A stretch of DNA of 63,545 nucleotides, filler included, from Octopus bimaculoides (Eukaryota), in the NCBI RefSeq assembly GCF_001194135.2. It is 5 parts of 5 records of this genome, joined end to end, with 100 filler letters (N's around TTAATTAATTAA, not from the genome) between each part and the next. Parts side by side here need not be neighbours in the genome. Positions count along the whole stretch, not along the records: positions 1 to 17,672 come from NC_068995.1; positions 17,773 to 33,643 come from NC_068981.1; 3 more parts are not named here. One strand, written 5' to 3'. The position numbers and the translations under genes are program-made. Below, piece after piece: positions 13,672-26,520 of the stretch. How positions within the stretch are numbered: the first letter of the stretch is position 1; each line of letters starts with the position of its first letter. The notes beneath the pieces were generated by a model. The model saw only the letters and a program-made list of their open reading frames with translations. It did no database searches and was not told the DNA's origin.

Positions 13672-13860
13672 ATAGATCGCTAGCCACTACACATTCTTTA
13701 TTTTCTCTCCCCCTTTGTTTCTGTGTTCCTTTCTGTGGAAGAGCGTAGGCTCGAAACGTTAAAGACTTTTTCACTTCCCGAGCGTTATACTAATACATCT
13801 GTTTGTTGTCTACGCCACCTGTCTTCGTCTTTTGTTTTTTTTTATGAATCCTCCCCTTAT
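13672..13860 (+). mobile_element. Penelope-type terminal repeat fragment containing a minimal hammerhead-like motif
   Basis: Aligns over about 190 bp to the reverse complement of 48705-48903; contains cttt-CTGTGGAA-gagc(gtag)gctc-GAAAC-GTT-aaag. Confidence 0.6.
13729..13764 (+). ncRNA. Minimal type I hammerhead-like motif (core CUGUGGA-A, U at position 6)
   Basis: Stem I cttt/aaag, stem II gagc/gctc with a gtag loop, GAAAC, palindromic ACGU stem III, GUU triplet. Confidence 0.5.
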
Positions 13861-14440
13861 ATATGTATACATACATATACGCACACACACATATATGTAT
13901 ATATGGGAGAATATACAAAAAATAACATATATGTATATACGTACATACACTCACACACGCACAACACACACATACAGACATATACATATGCAGCTGTGAA
14001 CATTTACATTTAACACGTTCGTGTACATTCAAAAGTGGAAAGGACCTTCACTGCAGTAACACACATTGTCTATGGGAAAAAATCTTATAGACAATATAGG
14101 AAAAAACACAGCAAGCAGGTCTACGAATGAGGTCGTGTGTTTCTGTGTCATTACTCTTTTCTAGTACACACACCGAACACATCGTTCACAGTCCATTAGC
14201 CACAGTTGTTTTTATTCGTAAATAAAAAAAAATTATGTCAGTAAATAAAAAAAACTTGCTGACGCATGCGAAGCTTTCAAAGCTGAAATTAACGAGAGGA
14301 TCTCTAAGCAGTAATGACTTAAATAAGCTGTATACGTTTAGGGGTAACAAGTTTGCATATAGTCAAACGTGTAAATACCTTCCATGTAGTAACTATCCTG
14401 GAAGAGAATTATTGAAATTAGATACCACTGTCATTAAGTG

Positions 14441-14695
14441 GAGGTGCGTGGCTTAGTGGTTAGGGTGTTGGACTCATGGTCGTAAGATTGTGGTTTCCAT
14501 TCCTGGACCGGGCGACGGATTGTTGTTCTGAGTAAAACACTTCATTTCACATCGCTCGAGTTCACACTGGAAAAAATGAGCAATCATGCAATGGACCGGC
14601 GTCCCGTCCTGGTGGGGAACATAGACACCATGAAACCTGGAAACCAGCCTTTATGAGTCAGTATGACTCGAGACAGTAACTTTACTTTTACCTTA
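14441..14695 (+). mobile_element. SINE family B
   Basis: A-box-like tggcttagtggttagg, B-box-like ggtttccattcc, CORE-like body, tttacctt tail. Confidence 0.88.
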
Positions 14696-14814
14696 CTGTC
14701 ACTAACAGTTTAGATAACGTCCTAGCGTATACTTGTATTCTTAACTTGTTTTAACTTGTTACTACTGCAGAAACAAAATTCTATTGAGGTGAACATTTTG
14801 TTATATATATATAT

Positions 14815-15400
14815 ATATAATCGCACACGATTGCCTATACCAGCGCTATTGAAGGACCCCCATACTTACATCAAAGGAACTCTCTTAACTTCTCAAACAG
14901 TGGAGTCATTCTTGCTTACATTATAACGACTGTATCATTATTTATGGTGCTATAAATTTTAATAAGTCCCAGTACATCTCATATCAATGCATTAAAGATC
15001 GATGAATAAAATTCTGAAGTATTCAAATGAGTATATTTGGCGTTGTGCTTATTAATAATACTATCGAATAAAGTGATGACTGTATTATTATTGCTTAAAT
15101 CTTTGGCATTAGTAGCTTCCCTAATGATATAATTAATCATTCTCAAAAATTTCTTCTTCACTAAATCGACATTATATTTGGCTGGGTTTATCAACCTACA
15201 CAAAGGGTTAACATCAACGTTATATTTGTGGTCCCTGGCTGTCATAAACATTTAGTTTTTCCAGTCATTCTAATCTGTCATCAATTTAAAATTTGTTGTC
15301 ATGTTCTTAGTTTCTCTATTAATGTCGTAGATCTGTGATTTGGGTCTAATATAGCTTTGTGTTACGTAAATAATGACTAGTTGCGCATGAAGATTAATGC
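14815..15400 (-). mobile_element. Penelope-like element reverse transcriptase fragment (pseudogene)
   Basis: ORF 14979-15251 RDHKYNVDVNPLCRLINPAK...HLNTSEFYSSI resembles PLE KDHKxNFxxxPxCRLINPAK...FDIxEFYPSI. A downstream frame gives FDVSMGSFNSAGIGNRVRLYI, resembling [21 protein letters not shown]. Confidence 0.8.
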
Positions 15401-15411
15401 CAACAACGACA

Positions 15412-15472
<61 letters not shown>

Positions 15473-16320
15473 NNNNNNNNNNNNNNNNNNNNNNNNNNNN
15501 NNNNNNNNNNNNNNNNNNNNNNNNNNNNNNNNNNNNNNNNNNNNNNNNNNNNNNNNNNNNNNNNNNNNNNNNNNNNNNNNNNNNNNNNNNNNNNNNNNNN
15601 NNNNNNNNNNNNNNNNNNNNNNNNNNNNNNNNNNNNNNNNNNNNNNNNNNNNNNNNNNNNNNNNNNNNNNNNNNNNNNNNNNNNNNNNNNNNNNNNNNNN
15701 NNNNNNNNNNNNNNNNNNNNNNNNNNNNNNNNNNNNNNNNNNNNNNNNNNNNNNNNNNNNNNNNNNNNNNNNNNNNNNNNNNNNNNNNNNNNNNNNNNNN
15801 NNNNNNNNNNNNNNNNNNNNNNNNNNNNNNNNNNNNNNNNNNNNNNNNNNNNNNNNNNNNNNNNNNNNNNNNNNNNNNNNNNNNNNNNNNNNNNNNNNNN
15901 NNNNNNNNNNNNNNNNNNNNNNNNNNNNNNNNNNNNNNNNNNNNNNNNNNNNNNNNNNNNNNNNNNNNNNNNNNNNNNNNNNNNNNNNNNNNNNNNNNNN
16001 NNNNNNNNNNNNNNNNNNNNNNNNNNNNNNNNNNNNNNNNNNNNNNNNNNNNNNNNNNNNNNNNNNNNNNNNNNNNNNNNNNNNNNNNNNNNNNNNNNNN
16101 NNNNNNNNNNNNNNNNNNNNNNNNNNNNNNGGGCATTGAGAGGGTCCAGGTGAGCGCTGATGTCTAAGGAGGGGGTGAAGAAAAAGGGAGAAAGCCAGTG
16201 GATTGGGGGACGCTATGAAATTATAATATTATTATAGTATTGCATTCAAATTATATAATATATTAAATATTAAATGATTCATAGTATATATAAATTAGTT
16301 AAATATTTATATATGAAAAT

Positions 16321-16390
16321 AGTGGTGGGGCGCTGAGGGTATTATGTAGCCATGGCGGGGTCGGCGGCTCAAGAAGTTTGAGAACCTCTG
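16321..16390. mobile_element. hAT-type element terminus
   Basis: Ends aagtttgagaacctctg, the reverse complement of a CAGxGGTTCTCAAACT-like terminus. Confidence 0.45.
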
Positions 16391-17569
16391 TATTAAATGG
16401 ATGGACCAATGTTGGCTTCAAACTGCGTTGTCTAAGTGGTATCAATAATAACCTGTTCCTGTAATACCATAATTAGCAATTTGGAATAAAAACCGTTTGG
16501 AACGCTTTATGTTTATAATGAAAAATATGCGAAAAAGCATGTTAAATCTTGAGCAACTATTCAATTATTTTATTTTAGCTTGAGTATCAAAGTCTTCCGT
16601 CAAAGCGTAGACGAAGCCCATATAAATATTCTTCAGCTATTGATTACAAACCGAAAAATCGCATGTACATTAACCTACTTATTTATGGTGTCTAAGACCC
16701 AACCACGTTAGTTAGAAACCGTATCATTAATGTAACCTTGAGTTCCCGGACGCTGTATGCAGAATTGTTTTCGTTTGGGAGCTGAGTTGTCCTCAGAATA
16801 GTCGCACGCTGTTTCCGCGAAAGAGTGCACGGTTGAACCACGGCTATTGATCCCAAACCGAAATATCGCATGACAGTCTTGTTTTCAAGCGTTTCCTTGC
16901 CAATCCCCACCCCTTTGCCTCGTCATTTCTTTCATGTAGATTTCTCTCATGTGGTGCTGTTGAGCGCACACTCAAGGTTCAATTTATCACATAGTTGTAG
17001 TTCTTATGTCTGCTGATTGTTTAGCGTGGTAGCGGCAGCCGCAAAGAAGAGTATATCCCCTGAGAGCTTTTTGGTGCATTCAAAAATCACATACCCCCAC
17101 CCACTCTTCCATGGCAAGGTTAGGGCCTGGAATCTTCCAAACAGCAGCATGACATGTCACTTAGTCGAATTAGCCCTTTATTTACTCCACAAATGTTTTG
17201 TCGGCAATGCTGCACTTCCCCGTATCACATGTTTCAACTTAACTATACCATATATACAAACTATGTCATTTAAATCCCGAGCAACGCCGGGTATGTCTGC
17301 TAGTGAAGGAAAATGTTCTCTATGTGACTTGTGTGTTTTCTGTACTCTGGTTATTATTATTCTCTTGTATACGTTTTGTTTGCAATGTCCTGTACCCAGA
17401 TATGCACCTATATATACAGGTAGACGTAGGTATGCACATACCTGTACGTATATATGCATATACTCATTTATTATTTGTTTTACATGATCGAACGCCTGCG
17501 TCATCCCTGTTGTAAGTAGTTTTTTCAACTTTATATTTTCTGACGCGGCTCTATCTCTTTCTCTATCAC

Positions 17570-17672
17570 TTTTCCCCCTCTCGTTCTTCCTCTGTTACTA
17601 CTACGTATCTCTCTTTACCCCTCTCGTTCTTCCTTCTGTTACTACCATATCTCTCTCTTTCCCCTCTCGTTC
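17570..17672 (+). repeat. About 39-bp minisatellite, about 2.5 units, cut by the scaffold end
   Basis: Repeated cccctctcgttcttcc(t)tctgttactac...tatctctct. Confidence 0.75.
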
Positions 17673-17772
17673 NNNNNNNNNNNNNNNNNNNNNNNNNNNN
17701 NNNNNNNNNNNNNNNNTTAATTAATTAANNNNNNNNNNNNNNNNNNNNNNNNNNNNNNNNNNNNNNNNNNNN
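17673..17772. other. Artificial scaffold spacer N44-TTAATTAATTAA-N44
   Basis: Identical 100-bp structure occurs four times; the 12-mer puts TAA in all six frames. Confidence 0.95.
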
Positions 17773-17848
17773 TTTCATGTGTGTGTGTGTGTGTGGTACT
17801 ATCTTGTCAAATGAAATCGTGAAATTAACACTAGGGGGATTGTCTGCC

Positions 17849-17942
17849 AAATTTATATAAGATTACTACTCTCCTAGATAGATAAATTTTCCAGCACGAA
17901 GAGTCGCAAAAGGCCTAGGAGAATAGTAACCTTATATAAATT

Positions 17943-17943
<1 letters not shown>
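17849..17943. repeat. Short inverted repeat, 29-bp arms and 37-nt loop
   Basis: aaatttatataagattactactctcctag versus ctaggagaatagtaaccttatataaattt, 27/29 complementary. Confidence 0.85.
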
Positions 17944-17980
<37 letters not shown>

Positions 17981-18183
17981 TATCCCTATCTTTCTATATA
18001 TATATGTGTGCGTATGTATGTTTGTGTATACGTGTATGTGTATGTATGTATGTACGTATGTATGTATGTAATACAGTTAAATGCACAAGCAATCTGTGAT
18101 GCAGAACTCTACAAAATCTAGAGTAGATATACACACATATTGCAGGCAATATCTAAATGCATATGCACAGGTACACTCATACG

Positions 18184-18217
<34 letters not shown>

Positions 18218-19924
18218 TAGACACACACAAATACAAGCACAAGTGCATACATGTATAGTTGACACCCTCTTATTCAAAATGTATTGTCATTTGGTCCAGT
18301 TCAGAGAGATTTGAACATATTCAAAATAGTGTCCAGTGCACGAATTAAAAGTCTCTCGTGATTAAACTACTTTCTACTCAATTTTAGTTGAAACCCATGG
18401 TCTGTTTAACATCGTGTTTAATAATTCTTGAGGTTTCAAATACTATATTCATATGGGAAATGAACGTGGAAATCGAAAACTGGAACAAGCTGTAAGAGTT
18501 GAACGCATTAGCACATCATCGTCGTCGTCGTCGTCGTCATTATCATTATCATTGAGACAACTCCAATTGTCTCGACACAAAACATTGTTTATTAAGTGTC
18601 ATCCAATCAATGGACACGATTCTGTCATGTGTCGTTTTTCGCTCTCACAACGTTTATTTAAGCTTACGTCGATTCGTCCGGGGTGACACTTTATTGATTC
18701 TATCGGGTGATGTTAGATATACATTGACTCATTGCTGTGTGATTACTCTTTTCGCCTTAGCACGCTAACTGTGGTACAGAAGATTCATTTTGCATCGTGT
18801 TTTACTGAAGTTACAGTTCGCCATTTTGCACTTCGGTTTGGAATTGTTGCAATGTTTTCTTCGCTCGTTAATAAAGCACCATATCATTATTCATCTTACG
18901 TTATAACGATCATCATCATCATCATTACCACCCCAAACGTACATACAAGCATACACACATACACACATACATACTTACGAACACAGAAGTCGCGACCGAG
19001 AAAGACCACTTTCTAAAACTCAGTTAAGTATGTGCAAACGTTCCAAGAGTCAGAGGTTCCTTGGGTAAATTGATTTGAGTGTATAAAGCGTTGCCCAACA
19101 CTGAATCCACTTTTCGGCTCAATAAGCTCTGAATCCAGTGGCACGACTGAAGTCGAAACAACCAGAAACCAATTGCATTTCGGGGGTTGGGGGACTTTTG
19201 CAGTGTTTTTTTTTTACGGATTCACCTTCTCCTAGGAGGAAGATCTCACGAGAACTAGGGATCCTTCACACCCAGTGGTTCCCACAGGTTGGACCTTAAT
19301 AGGTGCTGCTATTCCGACTCAGAGAAAACCTAGAAACACTAGTGGCTAAGAGGTGGTTCCACATTCCTCAGAATCCCGGAACACCCGTACCAGGGCCCCA
19401 CAACCGGATGCAGTTTAAAGTCATACCCAGGACAACATACTGATATATATATATATATANNNNNNNNNNNNNNNNNNNNNNNNNNNNNNNNNNNNNTATA
19501 TATACGGCGGCATCTACAAATGTTTATCTACAAAGACACATATGTAAAAAGTAATGATCACACACAAAGACACACACATGAACGCGCGCGCACCCACAAA
19601 CACCAAAAGCACTAAAGTCATGTGTTCACACAGAACATAAGTGCAGGTGCATACACCTACATATATACACACACTAACTGAACCACATATTTACAAACCC
19701 GGGAATTCTCTTAACTCAAAAAGACTTGTTATTTTATTAGCGACCAGCTTGAATTCTTCTCAGAAGAACTTATATCTCAAACAAAAACATGGGAAACAAA
19801 TTTCTTAATTACGCCGTCATACCCGACCATATGTACAATATTATTGAAATTGTTTACTTTAAATATACTCCTTAGTCTTAAATATACTGAACAAGATCAA
19901 TAACTTATTTATTTTCTGAATTAC

Positions 19925-20110
19925 TACTTGACAACCGGAGTTAGTTTGTTTACGTCTCCGTAACATAGCGGTTCGGCAAAAGAAAACGATAGAATAAATT
20001 TCAAGTTTTTAAAAAAAGTACTGGGGTTGATTCATTCGACTAAAACCCTTGAAGGCGCTGCCCAAGTATAGCCGCAGTCCAAAGACTGAAACAAGTAAAA
20101 GAATGAAAGA
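19925..20110 (+). mobile_element. SINE family A, 3' half
   Basis: ttgacaaccg...cggttcggcaaaag...gactgaaacaagtaaaaga. Confidence 0.8.
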
Positions 20111-21258
20111 CTTGATAATTTAAGCTTTATAGGTTAGATAGAGTAAAGATTGATCAAGCCATTCGGTGTCATTCATACAAATAGTTAGACCTGTTTATTT
20201 GACATTATGCGATATGTTTGCAGATGCTTTTTGTCTGAAAAGGCAACGATGACAAACGGTATTTCATTACCTCCCTTTACGATCTGAGCTGTGCAAGTAG
20301 ACGTTGCTTTTCTTCAGCCCATGGTCACTCAAAGTCAGTTACCAAATGAGCTCTCCATTCGTCGATTAAATGTCAACTCGAATGTTGACATGTAAAGAAA
20401 TACGATGCTTTATCCTAGTTTTTGACAAAATCATTTAAGACATATTTCTAAATTTTGCAGCAACGTAAAAAGTCTATATAGAATTCGTCTAATAATATCT
20501 TCCAAAAGTCTACATATGCACAGTCTAGATGTGACTGAAAAAAAGAAGATACAATTTTGATACCTCTTAAGACATGTGTTTGTTTATTTCTAATTATATC
20601 CCGTTTCTGCAATACACAAACAAGTGTAAATTGATTAATGAGTCTCAAAATACATGCTATATTTTGAAAGAATCTAATCAAACTGATGACACATTCATCT
20701 GTCTGTATTTATGTAAAGAATTATATGTATGTGTACACACACACACACACACACATATGCACGCGCATGCATACGTATGTATGTATGCATGCATGTATGT
20801 GATGCGTGTATATATATATATATATATATATATNNNNNNNNNNNNNNNNNNNNNNNNNNNNNNNNNNNNNNNNNNNNNNNNNNNNNNNNNNNNNNNNNNN
20901 NNNNNNNNNNNNNNNNNNNNNNNNNNNNNNNNNNNNNNNNNNNNNNNNNNNNNNNNNNNNNNNNNNNNNNNNNNNNNNNNNNNNNNNNNNNNNNNNNNNA
21001 TATATATGCACATAATATTTAATAGTATAAATTATTACATAATTTAAGTAAATACATAAATACATATATATATACTTATGTACAAAGATACGATTAACTA
21101 AAATTCTTTATACATGCACACACACACACATATACATACATACATGCATACGTACACGTGTGTGTGTACATATATGCTTGTATATGTGTATGCCGATATA
21201 TACGTATGTATACACGTACGTGTACGCGCACTCAGGCACAGATACGCGCGTGCGCACG

Positions 21259-21293
<35 letters not shown>

Positions 21294-21614
21294 CAAGCAG
21301 AATTGCGATGCTTGCATGTGGAATAGGTAGAAGTATTAACTTGTCAACCTTGATATGATATGTAAAATGTTTGAGCTTGTTTGTGTTAATTCATCATATT
21401 AAATATGTGGTTTAAGAAAATACCATTTCAATGTTCTTGATATGTTTTCTCAAAATTCTAAGTGGACATGCAGTGCCTGAAACAGAAGAGAGCCTAAAAA
21501 GGAATCTGTTTTATTTGTTAACATTTCTTGTTTTGCAAGATAATATTTATCGGTATTAATAATGCCACTGTCGCTAATACATATTCTTGTTTTGTGTTTC
21601 GATGTTCGAATGAG

Positions 21615-22050
21615 ATTGGCCTAGTCTGTGTCTAAGCAACAAAGAACTGACTATGATAGAAACATGAACGTGTCGCTTCAACTTCAGCAATCTTGAAGGA
21701 CTGCTTCTTTGGCATGTTAAATGTCACATTATAATACTATGCCATCCAAAGCTGAAGGCGATTGAACTGAAATGACATTTATGACAGGATGAGGTGAATG
21801 TATAGAATGAAAATATCCTTTCCTTTGGCATAACCGGTCATAACCGTTCGGTCACATTCGGTATAAAGTTTTGGCAGCTAACCGTGCACCATTACAGAAT
21901 TGTGGCGCATCCTGATTTTGTAGCAACATAATAGGCTTGTCCCTCGGCATCAAAATTTCAGATTGTGGTAAAGGACACCAGTAGGCTGAAGAGAATTAAG
22001 AAACTATTGCATAGTTGGCAGCATTGTGAACGTTAACTACAGTGTAAAAT
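21615..22050 (-). mobile_element. Helitron PIF1-type helicase fragment (pseudogene)
   Basis: Frameshifted translation NSLQPTGVLYHNLKF..MLLQNQDAPQFCNGARL..GYAKGKDIFI..MSFQFNRLQ..KQSFK..SCFYHSQFFVA resembles the Helitron helicase pattern NSLxPxGxPPHxLxLKVGxPIMLLRNLxPPxLCNGTRL..FSHGQLYVA. Confidence 0.8.
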
Positions 22051-22077
22051 GACTTGTAGATTCGGATAGGTTGGTGC

Positions 22078-22335
22078 GGAGGCGCGTGGCTTAGTGGTTA
22101 GAGTGCTGGACTCACGATCGTAAGACTGGAGTTTCGATTCCTGAACCGGGCGACACTTTGTGTTCCTAAGCAAAATACTTCATTTCACGTTGCTCTAATT
22201 CACTCAGCTGGCAAAATGAGTAATCCTGTAACGGACTGGCGTCCCGTTCAGATGATGAGGAATATATATCCCATGAAACCGGGAATCCGGCCCTTACGAG
22301 TCGATATGATTCGAGAAGGTAACTTTGCCTTTTTG
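22078..22335 (+). mobile_element. SINE family B
   Basis: ggaggcgcgtggcttagtggttagag...ggtaactttgcctttt. Confidence 0.88.
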
Positions 22336-22501
22336 TGGTAGTAACATGACTATCCTGCACAATGAAATTCTTGAGAGCCGAGATGGCACACTCACGAAGC
22401 CATCGTGGCTTCTATGATTCTGTATGAGAGTCTCCGATAAGGCTTCAGTGATATTTCTCGAGATTTCTTGATAAGTGTCCACCATTTTTTTTGCAGAACA
22501 A

Positions 22502-22680
22502 ATGCAGCTGTGTGGTTAAGAAGTTAGCTTCTTAACCATATAATTTGGGGTTCAGTTCCACTATGCAGCACCTTCTACTATAGCGCCGAGTCGACAAATA
22601 TCTAGCAAATGAATTTGGTAATCGGAAATTGTGTAGACGCCTGCTTTCTATATGAGTGTGTTATGTGCGTGTGAGTGTGT
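22502..22680 (+). mobile_element. SINE family A head, degenerate
   Basis: gcagctgtgtggttaagaagttagcttc...gggttcagttccact...gaatttggta..cggaaat. Confidence 0.7.
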
Positions 22681-22908
22681 GTTTTATAAACTAGGCTGCA
22701 GGATCATCTTTATTCAGAGCAATACTCTTGCTGGTACCTGGCTCCTACAGTCCGAAGTCACAGCACTTTACTGGAAATAGCAATGGAGGAAAAACTAACA
22801 GTAACATGAGTGGAAATGATGGGTGACTTCTATACATGATACTGGAAAATGTGACGAAATGAATTATATTATTAGAGTATTGATTCGAAGACACAGGAGG
22901 AGATGAAG

Positions 22909-22911
<3 letters not shown>

Positions 22912-22974
<63 letters not shown>

Positions 22975-23289
22975 GTAGGTAGGTAGGTAGGAGGTAGGTA
23001 GGTAGGTAGGTAGGTAGGTAGGTAGGTAGGTAGGTAGGTAGGTAAGTTGTTAGTTTCGAAATCAATACTTTGATGAAAACGCATAGGATCTGAGCAAGGA
23101 GATAACATAATGATGGTCATATGCATCCTCTTTTAGGGAGCTATCTGAAAGGCTAATAGATCGATCGCAAGAAGCACAATCAGATAGGAAGATACGTAGA
23201 GAGGTAGGTAGATCGATAGATAGATGATAACAAAATAGACACGTAAGTATGTAAATAGACAGATCGAGAGATATATAAGTAGATAAATG

Positions 23290-23359
<70 letters not shown>

Positions 23360-23368
23360 TAGATAGAC

Positions 23369-23408
<40 letters not shown>
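22912..23408 (+). repeat. Compound (GATA)n/(GGTA)n/(GACA)n microsatellite region
   Basis: Runs at 22912-23044 and about 23270-23408. Confidence 0.95.
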
Positions 23409-26195
23409 CTGTGTTTCTCAAACTTTTCGCGCCAAATTGCAATATCGACCAAATAAAGGGTCCATTGCCCAACTATGTGAAAATAAACCCTAACACAAAA
23501 TCCCTTAGCCCCTCCCCGTATCATTTGACACACACACACTATATCGTAGACTCGNNNNNNNNNNACAACTCACTAACACAAAATCCCTTAGCCCCTCCCC
23601 GTATCATTTGACACACACACACTATATCGTAGACTCGTTGCCCTGTTAGTGCCGTTTGTACTAAATATGCGGGTGTTTACAAATCCCTTATTGTGGGTTT
23701 AGTTTTGCCATTTGTCAATAAAATTCAAACGTTAACTATATTTTTCAGACAGATTAACTTCTGGAAACTTGCGCTTTCTTTTACACTGATTTTCATTTTC
23801 CCCAAATGAACCATTGACCAGAACTACCGATGCAAAAACAATTAATGATTGTATTATAAAGGAAAAGAATAAAACTTTTTAATGAGAATCATGTGTTTGG
23901 TACGATGCAGCTAATGCAGATACATTCGGCTTAAGACTTGTCAACTTTAGCCGCAAGTCTCCTCGTTGTGTCACATCCAGTCCAATTCTTTTACAGGAAA
24001 GTAAAGTTCCAACATGGTTAAAACCAGATTCGACCAGATATGAGGTAGGCAAGGCAAGCAAAAGTAATTTCAGATGTTTCCACAGACTTAGGTAGGAATT
24101 CAATATACTCTGATGGTACCACAAACCTTCTTTGCCATTACGGCGATATTGCATTGTGACGTCATTGTCATTTTGTAATTCTATCAATTCCTACTGAATG
24201 TCATCCTCGCAATCGACTGCATCGACATCAAACGGATTGCTATACCAATTCGGAATATTCAGCACAATAACATCTTGAAATCGCTCCACCATGTTATCGT
24301 GCAATGATTGTAAACAGCTGCGATATGTAGTTAAATCCTCATCAACTAATTCATCTAAGTTATGGAAATTGATGGAATGATGTTTTGAAATGTTAGTCTT
24401 ATACAACACCAATTTCGTAAAGAAGGTGGTGATAAACGATTTACAATCAATGAGAGTTTTTCTGTTTCCTTGTAATAACTTATTCAAATCATTTGATTTT
24501 GTGAATATATCACAAAGAAAAAAGATATCACACCTTGCAGCCATCAGTGAAGCGGATAGTGGAGTATCTTCAAAGAAAGAGATGATTATATGAAACAGTT
24601 CAACAAAGCGTAAAACACAGTTTCCTTTTGACAGCCACCGGACTTCAATTTGGTATAAAAGTTTAGTATGGTCCTCATCATTTCTCAGACAGAGTTGACG
24701 GAAAATTCGATCAGACAAAGAACTGGATTTTAATTTGTTCACAGTCTTGATAACTAATTGTAGCGCATCATTCAACCTACCGTTCATATTTTTTGCCACT
24801 AAATGTTGCCGGTGTGCCAAGCAATGAACCTTTAGTATTTGGTGGGAAATTTAACGCTTTAGGAGAGATGAAAAACCTCTGTATTTTCTTATCATCGAAG
24901 GGGCTCCATCAGACGCACAGGCAAGGATATTACTGAGCGGGTTATTATGTTCTAAAAGGAAAGACTTGAGAGTGCGAAAAATAGTTGCACTTCTTGAATC
25001 AAGCGGCAGTTTCTCTATGAACAGCATTTCCTCACAAGGTTGAAGGTCTTCGCTGAAATACCGAACATATACCATCATCAAACATTGATTGTTCACAACA
25101 GTTGACTCATCCATTTGTATAGAAAATTCAGAACGCTGGAGAATATTAATGAGCTGATGTTTGACATCGTTGGCCATTTCATTGATGCATCGAGAAAATG
25201 TGTTATTACTAAGTGAGATCTTCTTCATAATGTTATCGGATTTTTCGTACATAACGGTTGACAAAACCTCTTTGATAACTGGGCGAAGTAATGTTTCTCC
25301 AATTGTGTGAAACTTCCCAGACTTAGCAATAAGCAATGCAATGTTGTACGATGCAATCAACCCGTTATTCTCCTGTTCATTTGTTTCCTGGAGTAGCGTG
25401 TTGAATGTTTGTATTTACTTTTTGAAAGAGGAGCTCACTTGCAAAAAGTATGATAACAGCTTGTCTTCCTTGTCAGAATGCTTTGTATGAAAGTGATACT
25501 TCAAGCGTGAAGGTTTCATTGCTTCGTTAGTCAATCTTTGATGGCAAAGAAGGCGCATAGAAGGCACATTGTAACTGACAGTTCTGAGGAGAGGGGATTA
25601 ATCCAAACGATAAGTAATCACTACTGTACTGTCAACAAATTTTCTTGACTGGAGGCATGAGTAAAGAGAAAATGTGAAAACGAATTTCTACAGATGGCGT
25701 CAGAAAGGCAGTATGGTATTCCCAAAGAGAAGAAGTCAATAGGGCAGATAGATAACACGTCTTTACTGGGGCAAATATGGATCTAGTTCGTTTGGTTGCC
25801 AGCATTTCAAAAGTTAAAGTTTATCGAAAATTTTAAAATTTGGCACATTAATGTACCTTTCCAAGCTAAATTGCTCGAGTTTTTCAACTTTTTCCAGGAA
25901 AATGTTTTTAAAAAGTTATAGATGTTTAAAGTTTGATCATTTTCACCCACTCAAGAAACACGATTTCAAAGCTGTCATTTTGTGCGTGATTGCACATTTT
26001 GTCAACATCCTGAAAATAGCACTTGTGCTTTGATATGAAACCACAGAATTACATATGACATATAACCTCTCATAACTTTTTTTTATTTTTCGGAGTTTTC
26101 TCAAATCGCCTGCCAAAATCTCAAATCGCCCACCATTTTCTAGAAATTCTTCCATCGCCCACGGTGGGCGATATCGCCCACTTTGGGAAGCTATG
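23409..26195 (-). mobile_element. Full-length decayed hAT transposon, Buster/Charlie group
   Basis: Imperfect TIRs CTGTGTTTCTCAAACT (23409) and CATAGCTTCCCAAAGT (26195, minus strand); flanks agatagat and agataaat form a 7/8 TSD with central TA; length about 2.79 kb. Confidence 0.88.
23879..25658 (-). pseudogene. hAT Buster-type (ZBED5/SCAND3-like family) transposase, disrupted
   Basis: MPPVKKIC*QYSSDYLSFG..NEAMKPSRLKYHF..; ORFs 24851-25360 (FSIQMDEST, ASDGAPSM), 24191-24820 (HRQHL, EVRWLSKG) and 23879-24187 (LPTSYLVESGF, DLRLKL) are separated by frameshifts and stops. Confidence 0.92.
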
Positions 26196-26229
26196 AGATA
26201 AATAGATAGATAAGAGTGAGCAAGGCAAA

Positions 26230-26520
26230 GGATTATACTAGTTCCTACTATATGACCTTATTTTTCATTTAGCTGTTTTTATTATATTATAATCTCGTCT
26301 TCTCTGCACCAAGATACCATTGCTCCTTTTTATATTTTCTTTAGTTCCAAATCCATCTCTTAAAAATTTTAATTTTTTTACTATCTTCTTTCTGCAATCC
26401 AACTAAGATTTATATTCTAAAACATAACTTTTATTCTTCATTTTATTAAAACTTCTTACTTTTTTCTCAAATATTTTTTATATTTTCAACTGTCATCCAA
26501 AACTCAATTTGACCTGAATC
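26230..26520 (-). mobile_element. Possible L1/Tx1-type endonuclease remnant
   Basis: Weak: VRSFNK..VLEYK..FLRDG..KRSNGILV..K*GHIV loosely follows the APE-domain pattern NVRGLN..LQETH..SRGVAI..EGR. Confidence 0.25.

Noticed and set aside
17570-17672. Regularly spaced repeats as CRISPR-like arrays (also 46707-46770, 54172-54327)
   Set aside because: Head-to-tail tandem units with no unique spacers, in eukaryotic DNA.
17717-17728. TTAATTAATTAA palindrome as a regulatory or homeodomain site (also 33688, 54372, 57796)
   Set aside because: Always centred in 44+44 Ns; artificial linker.
19130-19165. gac-tgaa-gtc-GAAAC hairpin resembling the 3' half of a hammerhead
   Set aside because: No CUGANGA directly upstream and no stem I or stem III.
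23486-23636. About 70-bp direct repeat flanking a 10-N gap
   Set aside because: Identical sequence on both sides of a minimal gap is a typical contig-overlap artefact.
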